From the human T2T-CHM13v2.0 reference genome, Homo sapiens, in the NCBI RefSeq assembly GCF_009914755.1, contig NC_060928.1: a DNA stretch of 64,000 nucleotides; one strand, given 5' to 3'. The notes under the pieces are model-generated. The model worked only from the letters and a program-made list of their open reading frames with translations, searched no databases and had not been told where the DNA came from. Position numbers and translations under genes: made by a program. Shown here piece by piece: positions 27,430 to 43,551 of the stretch (within the stretch, counting starts at the first letter, position 1; every line of letters begins with the position of its first letter).

Positions 27430-27636
27430 CTTTCCATGAGCCTATAACTCCCTACCTGCCCTTTTTTAAGCTCAATACCAGAGATTCCCAATCTTTTCTC
27501 TCTACCCGCAGAATCCCAGTTCACCTTCCTTCACTCCAGGACTTGGTATATCAGTTATACATCAGGTGTTAATGATGGATTATTCAATTTACTCTCCCCT
27601 GTAGGACTATTTACATTTCAAATGTGAACATGTCCC
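27430..27636 (+). mobile_element. L2 fragment (continues at ~33890-34310)
   Basis: Degenerate L2 motifs. An L2 3' end lies beyond the L1MA insertion. Confidence 0.45.
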
Positions 27637-28159
27637 ACATAAATTTTCTTTTTCTTCAGCTTTACTAAGGTATAACTGGCCAATAAACATTGCACATATT
27701 TGTAGCATATAATGTGATGTTTTGATACATTGTGATGTGACTAAATCACGAAAATTTACATATCATCACTTCACATATTTATCTATTTTGTGGGTTTATT
27801 GAGAACATTTAAGATTACTCTCTTAATTTTCATATATACGATGCATGCTTATAAACTGTAGTCATCATGCTATACATTACATCTCCAAAATTTATCCAGC
27901 CTGTCTAACTGAAATTTGACAATCATTTCTGTATCCTCCAAATGCCCCAGGCTCTGCCAATCATGGCTCTGACAATCATTTTATTTTTTGCTTCTATGAA
28001 TTCAAATTTTAGGTTCCACATATAATTGAGATCATGTAATATTTATCTTTCTGTATCTGGCTTGTTTCACTTAGCATAATGTCATCCAGGTTTATCTATG
28101 TAGCTGCAAATGATAGAATTTACTTATTTCTTTAGGACTGAATAGTATTCCATTGTTTT

Positions 28160-28225
28160 ATATATATATATATATACACATATATATATATATACACATA
28201 TATATACATATATATATATACACAC
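28160..28225. repeat. (TA)n/(CA)n microsatellite
   Basis: Seen directly. Confidence 0.95.
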
Positions 28226-28384
28226 ATATATATATATATATATATAAAATCTCACACTCTATCCATTCATCTCTTGATGAGTGCTTGTTGATTCCATAGC
28301 TTGGCTATTGTGAATAATGTGGCTATTTTGAATAATGCTCCAATGAACATGAGAGTGCAGATATATCTTTGCCATACTGACTTC

Positions 28385-30874
28385 TTTCTTTTTTCTATAA
28401 CTTGAACTTTTATTTTAGATTCAAGTGTACATGTGTGGGCTTGTTACCTGGGTATCTTGTGTGATGCTGAGGTTTGGAGTATGATTGATCCTGTCACCAA
28501 GGTACATGGCATAATACTCAATAGTTAATTTTTCAACCCTTCCTCCCTTCTTCTTTCCTCTCCTCTAGTAGTTCCCAGTGTCTATTGTTGCTACCTTTAT
28601 GTCCATTTGTACCCAATGTTTAGCTCTCACTTATAAGTGAGAACATGTGGTATTTGATTTTCTGTTCCTGTGTTAAATCATTTAGGATGATGTCCTTCAG
28701 CTGCATTCATGTTGCTGCAAAGGACATGATTTCATTCCTATTTATGGCTGTACAGTATTTCATGGTGTCTATGTACCACATTTTCTTTATCCAATCCACC
28801 ATTGATGGGTTCCTTAGTTGAGTTCATGTTTATGCTATTGTGAATACTGCTGCGATGAACACACAAGTAGAAGGGTCTTTTTGGTAAAATGACTGTTTTT
28901 TTGTTTTTTTTTGTTTTTTTTTTTTTTTTTTTTTTTTTTTGCTATATACCCAGTAATGGGATTGCTGGCTCAAATGGTAGTGCTGTTTTAAGTTCTTTGA
29001 AAAATCTCCAAACTGCTTTTTGCAGTGGCTTAACTAGTTTACATTCCCTCAGGTAAAAGAGAACATAGTGTACGAGTGTTCTCTTATCCCCGACCTTGGC
29101 AACTGTTATTTTTTGATCTTTTAATAATAGTCATTCTGACTGGTGCAAGATGGTATCCCATTGTGATTTTGATTTGCATCTCTCTGATGATTAGTGATGT
29201 TGAGAATTTTTTAATGTTTGTTGGCTGCTTGTATGTCTTCTTTTGCAGAATGTCTGTTCATGTTGTTTGTCCATTTTTAATGGAGTTATTTGCTTTTTAC
29301 TTGTTGAAATGTTTAAATTCCTTTTAGATTCTGGATATTAGACTTTTTGGATATTAGACTTTTGTTGGTTGCACAGTTGGCAAATATTTTCTCCCATTCT
29401 GTAGGTTGTCTTTTTACTCTGTGGATAGTTTATTTGCTGTGCAGAGCTCTTTAGTTTAGTTAGGTACCACTTCTTAATTTTTGTTTTTGTTGCAATTGTT
29501 TTTGAGGGCTTATTTATAAATTCTTTCCCAAGGCTGATGTCCAGAATGTTGTTTCCTAGGTTTTCTTCAAGGACTCTTACAGTTCGAGGTCTTACATTTA
29601 AGGCTTTAATTCATCTTGAGTTAATTTTTGTATATAAGGGAAGTTAGCGGTCCAGTTTCATGCTTCTGAATGTGGATAGCCAGCTATTCCAAAAACATTT
29701 ATTGAATAGGGAGTCCTTTCCCCATTGCTTCCTTTTGTTGAATTTGTCAAAGATCAGATGGATGTAGGTGTGCAGCTTTATTTCATGGGTTCTCTGTTCT
29801 GTTCCACTGGTCTATATGTCTGTTTTGTACCAGTATCATGCTGTTGGTTACTGTAGCCTTATAGTATGGTTTGAAGTCAAGTAATGCAATGCATCTAGCT
29901 TTGTTCTTTTTGTTTAGGGATCACTTTGGCTATTCAGGTTCTTTGTGGTTTCAATATGAATATTAGAGTATATTTTTCTAACTGTGAAAAATGCCGTTGG
30001 TAGCTTCATAGGAATAACATTGAATATGTAGATTGTTTGGGGCAGTACGGCCATTTTAATGATATTCATTCTTTCAATCCATGAGCATAGAATATTTTCC
30101 CGTTTATGTCATCTCTGATTTCTTTCAATATCTGATTTCTCAAGATAATTAAAAATATCTTGAGTCAAACAGAAATGGAAACACGACATACTAAAACCTG
30201 TGAGATGCACCAAAAGCCAAAAGCAGTTCTAAGAGGAAATTTTATAGTGATAAATTCCTACATTTTAAAAAAGAAATATCTCAAATAAAAAAACCTGACA
30301 TTATTTTTTAACAGTTTTGTAGCTCTTCTTGTAGAGATCTTTCACCTCTGTGGTTAGATGTAATCCTTGATATTTTATTTTGTTTTCAAAGATACTATAA
30401 ATGGGGTTACTTCTTGATTTGGGTCTCAGCTTGAATATTATTGGTGTATAGAAATGCTAATAATTTTTCTATATTGATTTTGTATTCTGAAACTTTACTG
30501 AAATCATTCATCAGTTATAGGACCATTTTGGCAGAGTCTTTAGGATTTTCTATGTATAGAATCATATTGTCAACGAAGATAGATAGTTTTTCTTCTTTTC
30601 CTATTTGGATGCCCTTTATTTCTTTATCTTGCCTGATTGCATTGGCAAGGACTTTCCAATAATATTTTGAATAGGAGTGATGAGAGTGGACACCCTTGTC
30701 TTATTCCAGGTTTCAAGATAAATGCTTTCTGGTTTTTCCCATTCAGTATGATGTGGGCTGTGGCTTTGTCATAGATGGCTGTTATTATTTTGAGGTATGT
30801 TCCTTTGATGCCTAGTTTCTTGAGCAATATTATTATGAAGGGGTGTTGGACTTTATCAAAAGCTTTTGCTTTCA
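28385..30874 (-). mobile_element. 5'-truncated L1PA15/16-like element nested in L1MA
   Basis: 3' UTR (tgtgtgatgctgaggtttgg) and ORF2 peptide [18 protein letters not shown] catactga(c/t)tt at 28373 and 30875. Confidence 0.85.
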
Positions 30875-33149
30875 CATACTGATTTTATTCTCTTTGAATA
30901 TATACCCAGAAGTGGGATTGCTGAATCATATACTAGTTCTATTTTTAATTTTTGAGGAACCTCCATACTCTTTTCCATAATGGCTATACTAACTTACATT
31001 CCTACCAACAGTGTACAAGTGTTCACTTATCACCACATTCTCACCAACACTTGTTATCTTTTTCTTTTTGATAAAAAACCATTATTACTGAGGTGAGATA
31101 ACATCATATTGTGGCTTTAGTTTGCATTTTGCTGATGATTAGTGATGTTGAACTCCTTTTTATATACCTGTTAGCCTTTTGTATGTACTCTTGAGAAATA
31201 CCTATTCAGGTTCTTTGCCCATATGTTAGTTGGATTATTTTCTTGGTATTAAGTTGTTTGAGTTCCTTATATATTTTAGATATTAACCTTTTATTAGATG
31301 TATGGCTTACAAATATTTTCTTCCAATCTGAGCTACATTCTCCAGAAACGTAGTTCTTCACTCTGTTGATTGATTCCTTGGCTGTGCAGAAGCTTTTTAG
31401 TTTGCTATGATCCCATTTGCTATTTTTGTTGACTATCCTTTTGGAGCCATATCAAAAATATCATTGACTAGACAAATGTCAAGAAGTTTTTAACTCTATA
31501 TTTTCTTCTAGTGCCTTTAAAGATTCTTACTTATTTAAGTTTTTAATATATTTTGAGTTCATTTGTCTCTATGGTGTTAGTAAGGGTCTAATTTCATTCT
31601 TCTGCATGTGAATATCCAGTTTTCCCAACACTACTTATTGAAGAGACTGTGCCTAAAAGAGATAATTAAAAATATCTTGAGACAAACAGAAATGGAAATA
31701 CAACATACTAAAACCTATGAGATGCACCAAAAGCAGTTCTAAGATGAAATTTTATAGTGATATATTCCTACATTAAAAAAGTAATATCACAAATAAACAC
31801 CCTGACATTATTTTTCAAATAACTAAAAAAAGAAATGCAAAGCTCAAAATTAGCAGAAGAAAGGAAATAAAAATTAGAGTAGAAATAAATAAAATAGAGA
31901 CTAAATAAGCAACAGAAAAGATGAACAAAACTAAGAAGTTTCTTTGAAATTATAAGCAGCACTGATAAATATTTGCTTACAGTAGGAAAAAAAGAAGGCA
32001 TAAATAATAAAAGCAAAACTAAAATAAGAAGCAACTGATACCAGAGAAGTAAAAGGATCATAACAGACTGCTATGAGCAATTATATTCTAACAAATTGAA
32101 TAACCTAGAATAAATGGGTCAATTCCTAGTAAGATACAACCTACCAAGGCTGAATCACAAAGAAATTAAAAAAATCTGAACAACCGAACAAGTAGATTAA
32201 TTAAGAAAAAATATTCCCATCAAAAGAAAAGTACAAGTTCTGATGGCTTTATGCCTGAATTTTACCATCACTGAAAGAACTAATATTTATTCTCCCCCAA
32301 CTCATCCAAAAAATTGAACAGTAGGAACACTTCCAAATTCATTTTTTGAGACCAGAATTACCTTGATACCAAAGCTAGTCAAATGCACGATCAGAAAAGA
32401 AAATTTGAAGCCAATATCCTTGTTGAACATAGCCACAAAAGCCTCAACAAAATACTAGCAAACCCAAATTCAACACACATTACAAAAATCATTCACCATG
32501 GTGAAGTAAGATTTATTCCTGGGATGCAAGGATGATTCAATTTAGGTAAATCAGTAAATGCGATATATCACATTAACAAAGTAAAGGACAAAAAACATAT
32601 GATCATACCAATAGATGCAGTAAAAGCATTTGACAAAATTCAACATTCTTTCTTGATAAGACTCTCTGCAAATTAGGTATACATGGAATTTGCCTCAACA
32701 ATAATAACCATATATCGCAAGCCCATAGCTAATATCTATGACATTCAGTAGTAAAAATTTACAAACTTCTAAGATCAGGAACAAAAAGACAAAAATCACT
32801 TGGATTCAACATACTACTGAAAGTCTTAGTACAATTAAGCAAAAGAAAGAAATAAAAGGCTTCTAAATAACAAAATAAGTTAAAGCAAGCTAACATGACA
32901 TGATCTTATAAATAGAAAATTCTAAATGCTCCACCAAAAGACTATTGTAATAAACAGATTTACTAAAGTCACAGAAGAAAAAATCAATATACAAAAATCA
33001 GTAGCATTATTGTACACTAACAAAGAACTATACAAAAAAAATCAAGAAAACAATCCTACTTATAATAGCATTAAAAAGCAAAATACTTAGGAATAAATTT
33101 AATGAATGAGGTGAAAGATCTGTATACTAAAAATTATAAAACATCGATG

Positions 33150-33726
<577 letters not shown>

Positions 33727-33889
33727 CTACTTGATTTCAAAATATATTACAGACCTATAGTAATAAAAACTGCATGTTACCACCATAAAAATAGACATAT
33801 GGACCAGTGAAACAGAACCGAGAGCCCAGAAATTGATCCACTCATTTATGGTCAGTTTTCTACAATGGTGCCAAAAACACAAATTTTTA

Positions 33890-34310
33890 TCTATGAGATC
33901 TACCTATTTAAATAACTGAGAATACTGCCCATATGCCATTTAACAGTCATTCACATATTGATGAAAATCTCACACAAAGCATTCACCTAGATTGCTTTTT
34001 TTCCTCACATAATTTAGTTATCAGCTCAAATAAACCTTACAAAAAGAGATCCCTCCTTCTGTTTCCTAAAGAGGCTTCAAGTCTCTATCATAATATCCCT
34101 ACGTGCTGTATCATGGCACTTTTGGCAGTCTGAAATTTTCTTGTTAATTTACTTTTTATTACTAGTTTTATGCCACAGTAATGAAAACTCCACAATACCC
34201 TAGATTGTTCTTTGGTGTGTGGTGTGTGTGTTTTATGAATATGTGGTCACTTAGGAAATTGGTTAGCATATAGCATTTGTTCTATAAACATATTGAATAT
34301 AAATAAAATT
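33890..34310 (+). mobile_element. L2 3' fragment
   Basis: Degenerate L2 3' end (gcatatagcatttgttctataaacatattgaat). Confidence 0.5.
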
Positions 34311-34897
34311 CAACAGCTAAGAGATTTGACAAAGAACTTTGAGCATACTAATATCTGTCTCAATAATTTCATTTATATTTATTTGTGTAAATAACCTAAA
34401 AATTTAGAAAAATGTTTTGCAATTATTTGTCCATTTTAATATTCTTTATGACTTGAAAATATGAAATCTAAATGCTTCAAAATAGCAAAATTGTAACAAA
34501 TTATTAGGGTGCATGAATTCAATAGAATGTTATTTACTTATTACATATTTTATTAACATGAAATTAGAAGATATGCAGAATATGTCTATTTTCATTCTAT
34601 TACACTTATTTATACTTCAGTCAATATTTTTTTTTAATATCAAAAGCTTGCTTCTCATAAAGACCCAAAGATCTTTGTCATGTAATAAAACAGAAATAAT
34701 TTTCCACAGGTAAGTCTAAGAAATCATTCCATGGTCCTCACCATATGCTCTGCTTGATTAACTGGATTGAATTTGACAGGCCACCTGCTACACAGTCTCC
34801 ATGAGAACAGACTATAACACTGATTGGACATATAATAAATTGAATTTTGTATATTCATGACTGAAATATAAAGAAAACATAGTTTGTGCCCATATAC

Positions 34898-35241
34898 TGT
34901 GAGGTAGTCAGTCCTACACTTCACAGTCCACTTTTGGTTTCATAGGGTTACATGGCCATTTCTTGACAATGAGTTGTAAATGGGTATGATGGAGATCTGA
35001 GAAGAGTATTTAGTTGAGAGTTCCCAGCATTTATTTCTCTTCTCTCTGACAGAGCAGCAGGCAATATTTAACATAGTGATTATTACACTAGACTGGTGCT
35101 TCAAATTACCACGATATGCTCAATTATGCTTGAGCAACTTGCACTGGACAAATTATGTGAGAAAAAAGAATATTTACTATTTAAAAGCACTTAGATTCAA
35201 GGATTTCTTGTTGTGGCATAATCTGGTTTATCCTTATTAAT
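34898..35241 (+). mobile_element. Old MaLR LTR (MLT1J/K-like)
   Basis: MLT1 3' motif (atttaaaagcacttagattcaaggatttcttgttgtggcataatctgg...taata). Confidence 0.55.
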
Positions 35242-36199
35242 ATATTATGCCTCAAAAACTTGTAGCATCCTTTACTACATCCATTAGTACAAATTTCTGG
35301 AATGGCAATACAATTGTGTGATATATAGTATTTATATTAAACTTCTAAGGAACCTGGATTAATGCAGTATTGCTAGCGTAATTATTATACACCATTGTGA
35401 CAACTTTGCTTCTCACATGTGATCCATGCTTTGTATCTATTTAATGTGTCCACAGCCTCAAGCTGTAAAATCTTTGACATCCTGCAGCAACCTCCTCCTG
35501 AGAAAAATCAAAGAGCTTAGAATGATTAGATAATTAATATGTAGAGCATGTTAGAAGCCATCAAGGATTCTAAAAAATCATTAGTATCTATTTATACCTG
35601 TGCTTTAGTGATATACAAAAATTAGCTCATCCATCAGGAGAACCCCTACTTTTACAGCTATTCTGACCTGAAAAGATATAGGGCAGGTCCTCTGAAACCT
35701 TTAAATGTGATTCAGCTTTAAATGAGGACTTTTAAAATAGGTCAACATGTAATTTGTCAACATTGTCTGCTCAGAGTTTAAGAGAGGTACATGTCTTTTA
35801 ACAAATTATATGCTCTTTATTTTTTGGCCTGTAAAAAAGGTTGAAGTCAGTGACAGCTAGAGCATAGAGGTAGGACATTTCCTATAAATCTGCTGGGTAG
35901 GCACATTGTGTTGTAAAGGCTGATGGCAATCATTATTTGAGGATGATACTTCAAGAGCCTAAATTAATCTTTCATCTCTTCCCATGAAAAATGGGAATCT
36001 GGTAAGATGCATCCTGGTTGAGAAAGAATTGTTCAGATTTTCCTTTAGATTCTATAAATGACATCCATTCAAGAGGAAGCATGACTAAAGTCTCCAATAC
36101 ATGATTTCCCCCTTATGTTTCCAGTTATGAATTATTTTAAGTAGAAATGAATTGTGCAAACAACTGTGATTGGGAAAGTCAAGATAAAAGAAACATAGA

Positions 36200-36805
36200 A
36201 AAATAGTACATCCTATAAGCATACTCAGAAGGAAAATATAATGGGAAAAAACATACCTTGGTCATATCACAATTGTTTTTTAAAATGAAGAAAACTATTA
36301 GCTGCAAAATAAATGTAAATGCAAGATATATATGCACACATTAAATGTATATGTACTAAAAACTCCCGTTAAAATGCAAAGCTTGATAACATTGCTAAGC
36401 AACAAAAACACTTAAAATGAAAAAAAAAGATTGAAAAAGAATTTAGCACAGAGATTATACACAGACGTCAGCTAAAGTCAATAAACATAATACCAGCAGA
36501 TATTAGGTAATAATAAAAGGTATGATAAAACAATAAATAACCATTATAAATCTACATGTATAAAACATAGCAGCCAAGTGCATAAAGTGAAAAACTACTT
36601 GATCATAAAGAAACTTGATAAAACAATTCACATATAGTGGGAGACTTAATATGCCTCTTTAAGAATTGAACATATAAAAATAAACAAAAGATAAAAAAGC
36701 ATAAGAAAAATTAAATGCTATTATTAATCAATCTGAATTAGTAATTTGTTTATAGAACCAGCCTCATATATCTAAGTAGAACATATATATATGTGTATAT
36801 ATATA

Positions 36806-36837
<32 letters not shown>

Positions 36838-36891
36838 CACATGTATATATATGTGTATATATATATATATATACACGTGTATACATATGTG

Positions 36892-36922
<31 letters not shown>

Positions 36923-37620
36923 GGGGCATTAGCCAAAAATATGTACCAGGCCATAATTTTTAAAATTAACTAATTCAAAAGTAGACAGCAAGATAAATTA
37001 TCAGACCAACATATGATAAAATGAAAATATGTAATAACAAATTCACAGAAAAAATAATCGCTTGACAAGAAATTCACACTAGAGAAATCTTTGATCAAAG
37101 ACTTAAAAAGACACTAAGTGCTTTGTCTAGATACTAGAAAGAAAACAATAAGATAGAATGTACTAATACCAAAGTGTCACCATAAAACTTCTCCACAGAC
37201 TACTTACAATTGAAAATATTTTTAAGAAGAAATATAAAAAATAAATAAAATGCTTAGATTAAGAAATAGGAAGGAATAACAATATAAAACACGAAACAAA
37301 GAAGTTATTAATAAAGATAAAAGTGATATTATTTAATAGAAAACAAATAGTAAGAAGCATTAATACATCTAAAATGTTTTCTTATAAACACCGATAAATG
37401 TCTTGAAAGCCTGAGTAATTTTTTAAAAGAGTGAAGAAAAAGCAGACAATAGAGGAAAGAGATTAGAGTTCGAACTACAGATTCGAGAAGGTTTAAAATA
37501 ACTGTAAAATAATATACCATGAAAAGGTGAACGTTGATAACACATATTTAAACACCCAGAGGAAATGCATGACTCCTTACTAAAATGGCAATGCTCAAAT
37601 TGACTATTTACCTACTAAGA
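36200..37620 (+). mobile_element. Ancient L1ME-type ORF2 fragment
   Basis: A-rich, with decayed endonuclease motif atagtgggagacttaatatgcctct (VGDFN-like). Confidence 0.55.
36781..36922. repeat. Compound (TA)n/(TG)n/(CA)n microsatellite
   Basis: ~140 bp of alternating purine-pyrimidine sequence. Confidence 0.95.
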
Positions 37621-38112
37621 AAGACGGGATTAATGCTTGATCCACAATGATGCTCTTCACTTTCTCTACCTTCCTGCCTATTTTCCTTACCGCATGCCAC
37701 ACAAACAAGCAGACATTCAAAATAATTGTATAATAATTCCTTCATATTTCCCCTTCGTTTCACTGTTCTTCCACTTTAGATAAGTCCCCTGGCCTGTCTT
37801 TATCAGTCTTCTTCTCATTGTGCCACGCTCCTAGGTTTTACTAATATAGTCGTTACTCTCAAATTTTGGAGTATTGCTGTAATTACTATTTTTTTTTTTT
37901 TTTTTTTTTTATACTCTAAGTTTTAGGGTACATGTGCACATTGTGCAGGTTAGTTACATATGTATACATGTGCCATGCTGGTGCGCTGCACCCACTAATG
38001 TGTCATCTAGCATTAGGTATATCTCCCAATGCTATCCCTCCCCCCTCCCCCGACCCCACCACAGTCCCCAGAGTGTGATATTCCCCTTCCTGTGTCCATG
38101 TGATCTCATTGT

Positions 38113-39647
<1,535 letters not shown>

Positions 39648-39675
39648 CTGTAATTACTATTAAATTACTATTAAA

Positions 39676-39964
<289 letters not shown>

Positions 39965-41389
39965 AAATTACTATTAAATTGTTTAATATATTTATTTTTT
40001 TACTTTTATTACAACTATGTGTTCCCTGCTTCTCTTCTTTATCATCCCCCATTGTGAAAACTGTTCTGGATCATGAAGTGTTTCAGTGTTCCTCCACACC
40101 CACTCCCAGTTATTTTTCTTATTTGATATATGCTGGGATGATATACTCCACATATTTGCTTGTGTATCTGTATATTTTTAACCACAACATCTAAATACTG
40201 TATAGCAAGAATATAATTTTCTTGGATTTTATATTTTTGTCTCAATAGTTTGTGTTATTCTTCTGACTTTTAGCTTTTATTGGCATAGATACAAAGATCA
40301 TTGTCAATCTAGTTTCAAGGATAACTTGATTTTCTTGTTTTAAAATTTATATTATCATTATCCATGTAGTTTAATAATCTTATCTAAATATGCATTTTGT
40401 ATCATAACAATCCATTCTATAATTTATCTTTATTAATTACAACACTATATGTTTTTTATGGAAATTCTTTGAACTCATTTTAAAACTTCTAATATTCATG
40501 TGTTAAATATTCTGAATTTAGCAACTATGTCTTTCTAGGCTTATAATTTCTAAATCCATGTATTTTTATTCTAGTTTTTGTGATAATTCTGTTATTATAT
40601 CTTCCAGAACTAATCTATGTCTCCTCATTTAAGGAATACATCTACTGAAGGTACTAATTTATATATCTTATTTTAGCATTTATGTGATTTTCTTAAATAT
40701 CCAAACTTCTATTGTTATCTTTTTCTAAGTTATTTATTGATGAATGTCTGACTCAGATATCTTTGATTCACTTCTAGCAGTCTACTCCTGCCACCAAAGT
40801 ATAAAAGCTGGACAAACAACATAACGGAAATCATTTGAAGGCATTTGAAAGTGACCACCATTCATAGTTCTTTAAGGGTTATAAACCCTGAGAGATAAAA
40901 GGAAGCAATAGAACCCATACTTATGGCAACATTTCTCCTTTAGAGTATTTTCAGCTTACTGTGTGGAATAGATTCAGAGAAGAAAGCCAAAGTCTCCCTG
41001 GGCTGAGGAAACATTGGATTTTCAGTACAGTCACAGCAGCTGTGATTTCAGGGGACAAAAATCTCAAGGAATGTATATAACTGAACCCCAAAATCTGTAT
41101 TCCATTTTTTTTAGACTTTTTCAACTCTGAAGCTGTACAGGGAAAGCTCTAAGAAGCCCAACCAAAAGCAGCAGTTTAGACTGTGTGAAAGCACTGAACA
41201 CGTTTCAATAGTTAACTGAATGAGTAGGCTTGGCAAATATTCTATGCTCTCAGCTATATCCTAGAAGTATGGGACTATATCCTAGAAGTATATAGGGTAT
41301 ATAGAAGTATCCTAGAAGTATATATGGGACTATATCCTTAGAAGTATGATCCATACCCTTGAAGTAAGAGAAAAACTGAAAAAAACAAC

Positions 41390-41542
41390 AAGAACCAATT
41401 TTGAACTGAAAATATTTCAGAAAAAAATTGCATCTGCACTTAACATGTGCAGATTATTTTTCTGGTCATTATTCCATAAACAATACAGTGTAACAACTAT
41501 TACATAGCATGCACATTTTATTAGGTATAATAGGTAATCTAT
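41390..41542 (-). mobile_element. MER2 (TcMar-Tigger) fragment; its terminus lies inverted at ~41670-41710
   Basis: gtcattattccataaacaatacagtgtaacaactattacatagcat matches MER2. cctccagtatccgtggattattggtt resembles the MER2 end. Confidence 0.75.
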
Positions 41543-42129
41543 ATACATATATGCCCTGGAATCTACTTTTTCTAATACTAATATAGCCACTCAAGCTACC
41601 TTAAGATTAGTTTTAGAATAGTACATTCTAATAGTACATTCTTTTTCATCCTTTTTTTTTTTTAACATATAGTTTTACCTCCAGTATCCGTGGATTATTG
41701 GTTTTAGGTCATATATATTATATATATATACATATATATATAAATAATATGTATTTTATAGATATATAATATATATGTGTATTGTCAGGGATAATATGAG
41801 TCATTTCATAATGATAAATCAATCTTTAGTTGCCTGATAGAAGAGCTCCAAAATAAATGAAGCAAAAACTAATAGAACTGCAAGAAAATATAGACAAATC
41901 AACAAGTATATTCAAAGAGCTTAGCACCACTCTTAATAGCTGATAGAACAAGTAGACACAAATTAGTAATTATGCAGAAGACATGAACAATATAGTCCAC
42001 CAACTCGATCTAAATAACATTAATCGAACACTCCACTGAGGAGAGTACAAATTCTTTTAAGGTACACACACAAAGAAATCAGCAAGATGAAACAACTTCT
42101 GGGACAAACAAAAATAAAACTCATCCATT

Positions 42130-42410
42130 TTTTGAGAGTCCAAAGCAGGAGGTTTTCTTGAGGCCAGAGGTTTGAGAACAGCTTGAGCAACATTGCAAGA
42201 CCTTGTCTCTACAAAAAAATTAAAAGAAAAAAATTTTCCAGGTGTGGTGGTGTGTGCCTATAGTCCTAGCTACATGGGAAGCTCAATCAGGGGTGGTTTG
42301 AGCCCAGGAGTTAAAGATTGTAGTGAGCTGTTTTCATGCCACAGCATTCAAGCCTGAATGACAGAGCAAGAATCTGTCTTTAAAAACAAAACAAAACAAA
42401 ATACAAAAAA
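42130..42410 (+). mobile_element. AluJ, degenerate at 5' end
   Basis: AluJ-type gcaacattgcaagaccttgtctctac and an (aaaac)n tail. Confidence 0.85.
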
Positions 42411-42809
42411 AATTCAATGAATTCAAATGCATATCAGTCCTCCAATGCTTTGTTACTCTTCTTATCACAATGGAACTAAATTGGAAATAAAAAATGGAAT
42501 GTTCTCTTGAAAAAAAACCTTAAAATATTTGTAAACTATAGAACAGAATTCCAAATAAGCCATTGGTTAAAAATTAAATCAACAGATTAAAAAAAATGAA
42601 AAAAAAGAAGAAAAAATATCTTATTATTTTCTGATATCGAAGAGTTCTTTCAGCATTATAGAATTGAAAGTAATAAATTTAGGCCGAGTATGTCAATTTG
42701 ATCACTTTTTACAACACTGTATTTTGTACATATCATTTTGTAACCAAGTTACTCAATAAAGAAATGAGCAAGGTAGTTGTGTTCATCACAGTGTGTGAAC
42801 TCCAAAAGT

Positions 42810-43246
42810 GTCCAATAAAAATGTCTTAATTTTTATTTGCAAATGCTTTTTCTCCTGTAAGTAGTGGAGACTATTTTACCTCCTCTTAAGTCTAAGCTGA
42901 TTTAGTGACTTGTTTGCCCAATAGAAGGGGAAAGAATCAGCACAATGCCATTTCCAGATCAAGCTTTAAGAAATCTGACAGTTACCCTATTACACTCTCA
43001 GAGCCCTGAGCCACCATGCTCTGATGAAGTCCAACCTAAAGCCGTGTAAAGATGCAGTGTAGAAGGGAATCAAGGCAGCTTGGTCAAAAACCCCAGCCAA
43101 ACACTAGCTCAGTACAGATGCAAGTGACCCAGGTGAAATGAGACCAGCTGAACAACTGTCCAGTCAACACACTGTATTATAAGAAATAAGTTGTTAATTC
43201 TTTAAATTTTGGACTGTTTTGATATACAACAACAGTAAATGATACA
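42810..43246 (+). mobile_element. MaLR LTR (MLT1G/H-like)
   Basis: gtgacttgtttgcccaatagaa, gagccctgagccaccatg and 3' end caacagtaaatgataca. Confidence 0.65.
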
Positions 43247-43551
43247 CTATAATTTCAATTATAGTTCAGGGAAACAAACTATGGAAAATACATGATTGAG
43301 TGAGAAATTGTTTTATGGACATCTTATTTTAATGTTACAACAAAATTCTAGAAAATAATAACATGCTCAATATAAACAATACAGACATTAATATGACATG
43401 TATTGTTTATTGTATGTAATGTAGATTGATGATTATGTTTTATCATTCTAATCAAGTCACTTATCTGTAAAATTGAAAACTCCATTGTTTTCATAATGTT
43501 ATATTGATAATTTTTTTTTTTTTTTTAGAAAACTCATAAAGTCTTCTTTGT

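Larger units (their letters stand above)
40750..42600 (+). mobile_element. Ancient L1M pieces (5' region and ORF2 endonuclease) with nested MER2 and AluJ
   Basis: Degenerate EN-coding motifs at 41780-42100 (agagctccaaaataaatgaagcaaaaactaatagaactg). Confidence 0.6.

Noticed and set aside
28302-29362. Short tandem duplications (tggctattgtgaataatg x2, ggatattagactttt x2; others near 8200, 10280 and 41617)
   Set aside because: Ordinary slippage duplications in neutrally evolving repeats.
36772-36973. ORFs on both strands rich in C/V/Y/I/H/T
   Set aside because: Translation of a dinucleotide microsatellite.
41255-41366. CRISPR-like repeat-spacer array
   Set aside because: Units are short and irregular, the context is eukaryotic, and there are no cas genes.
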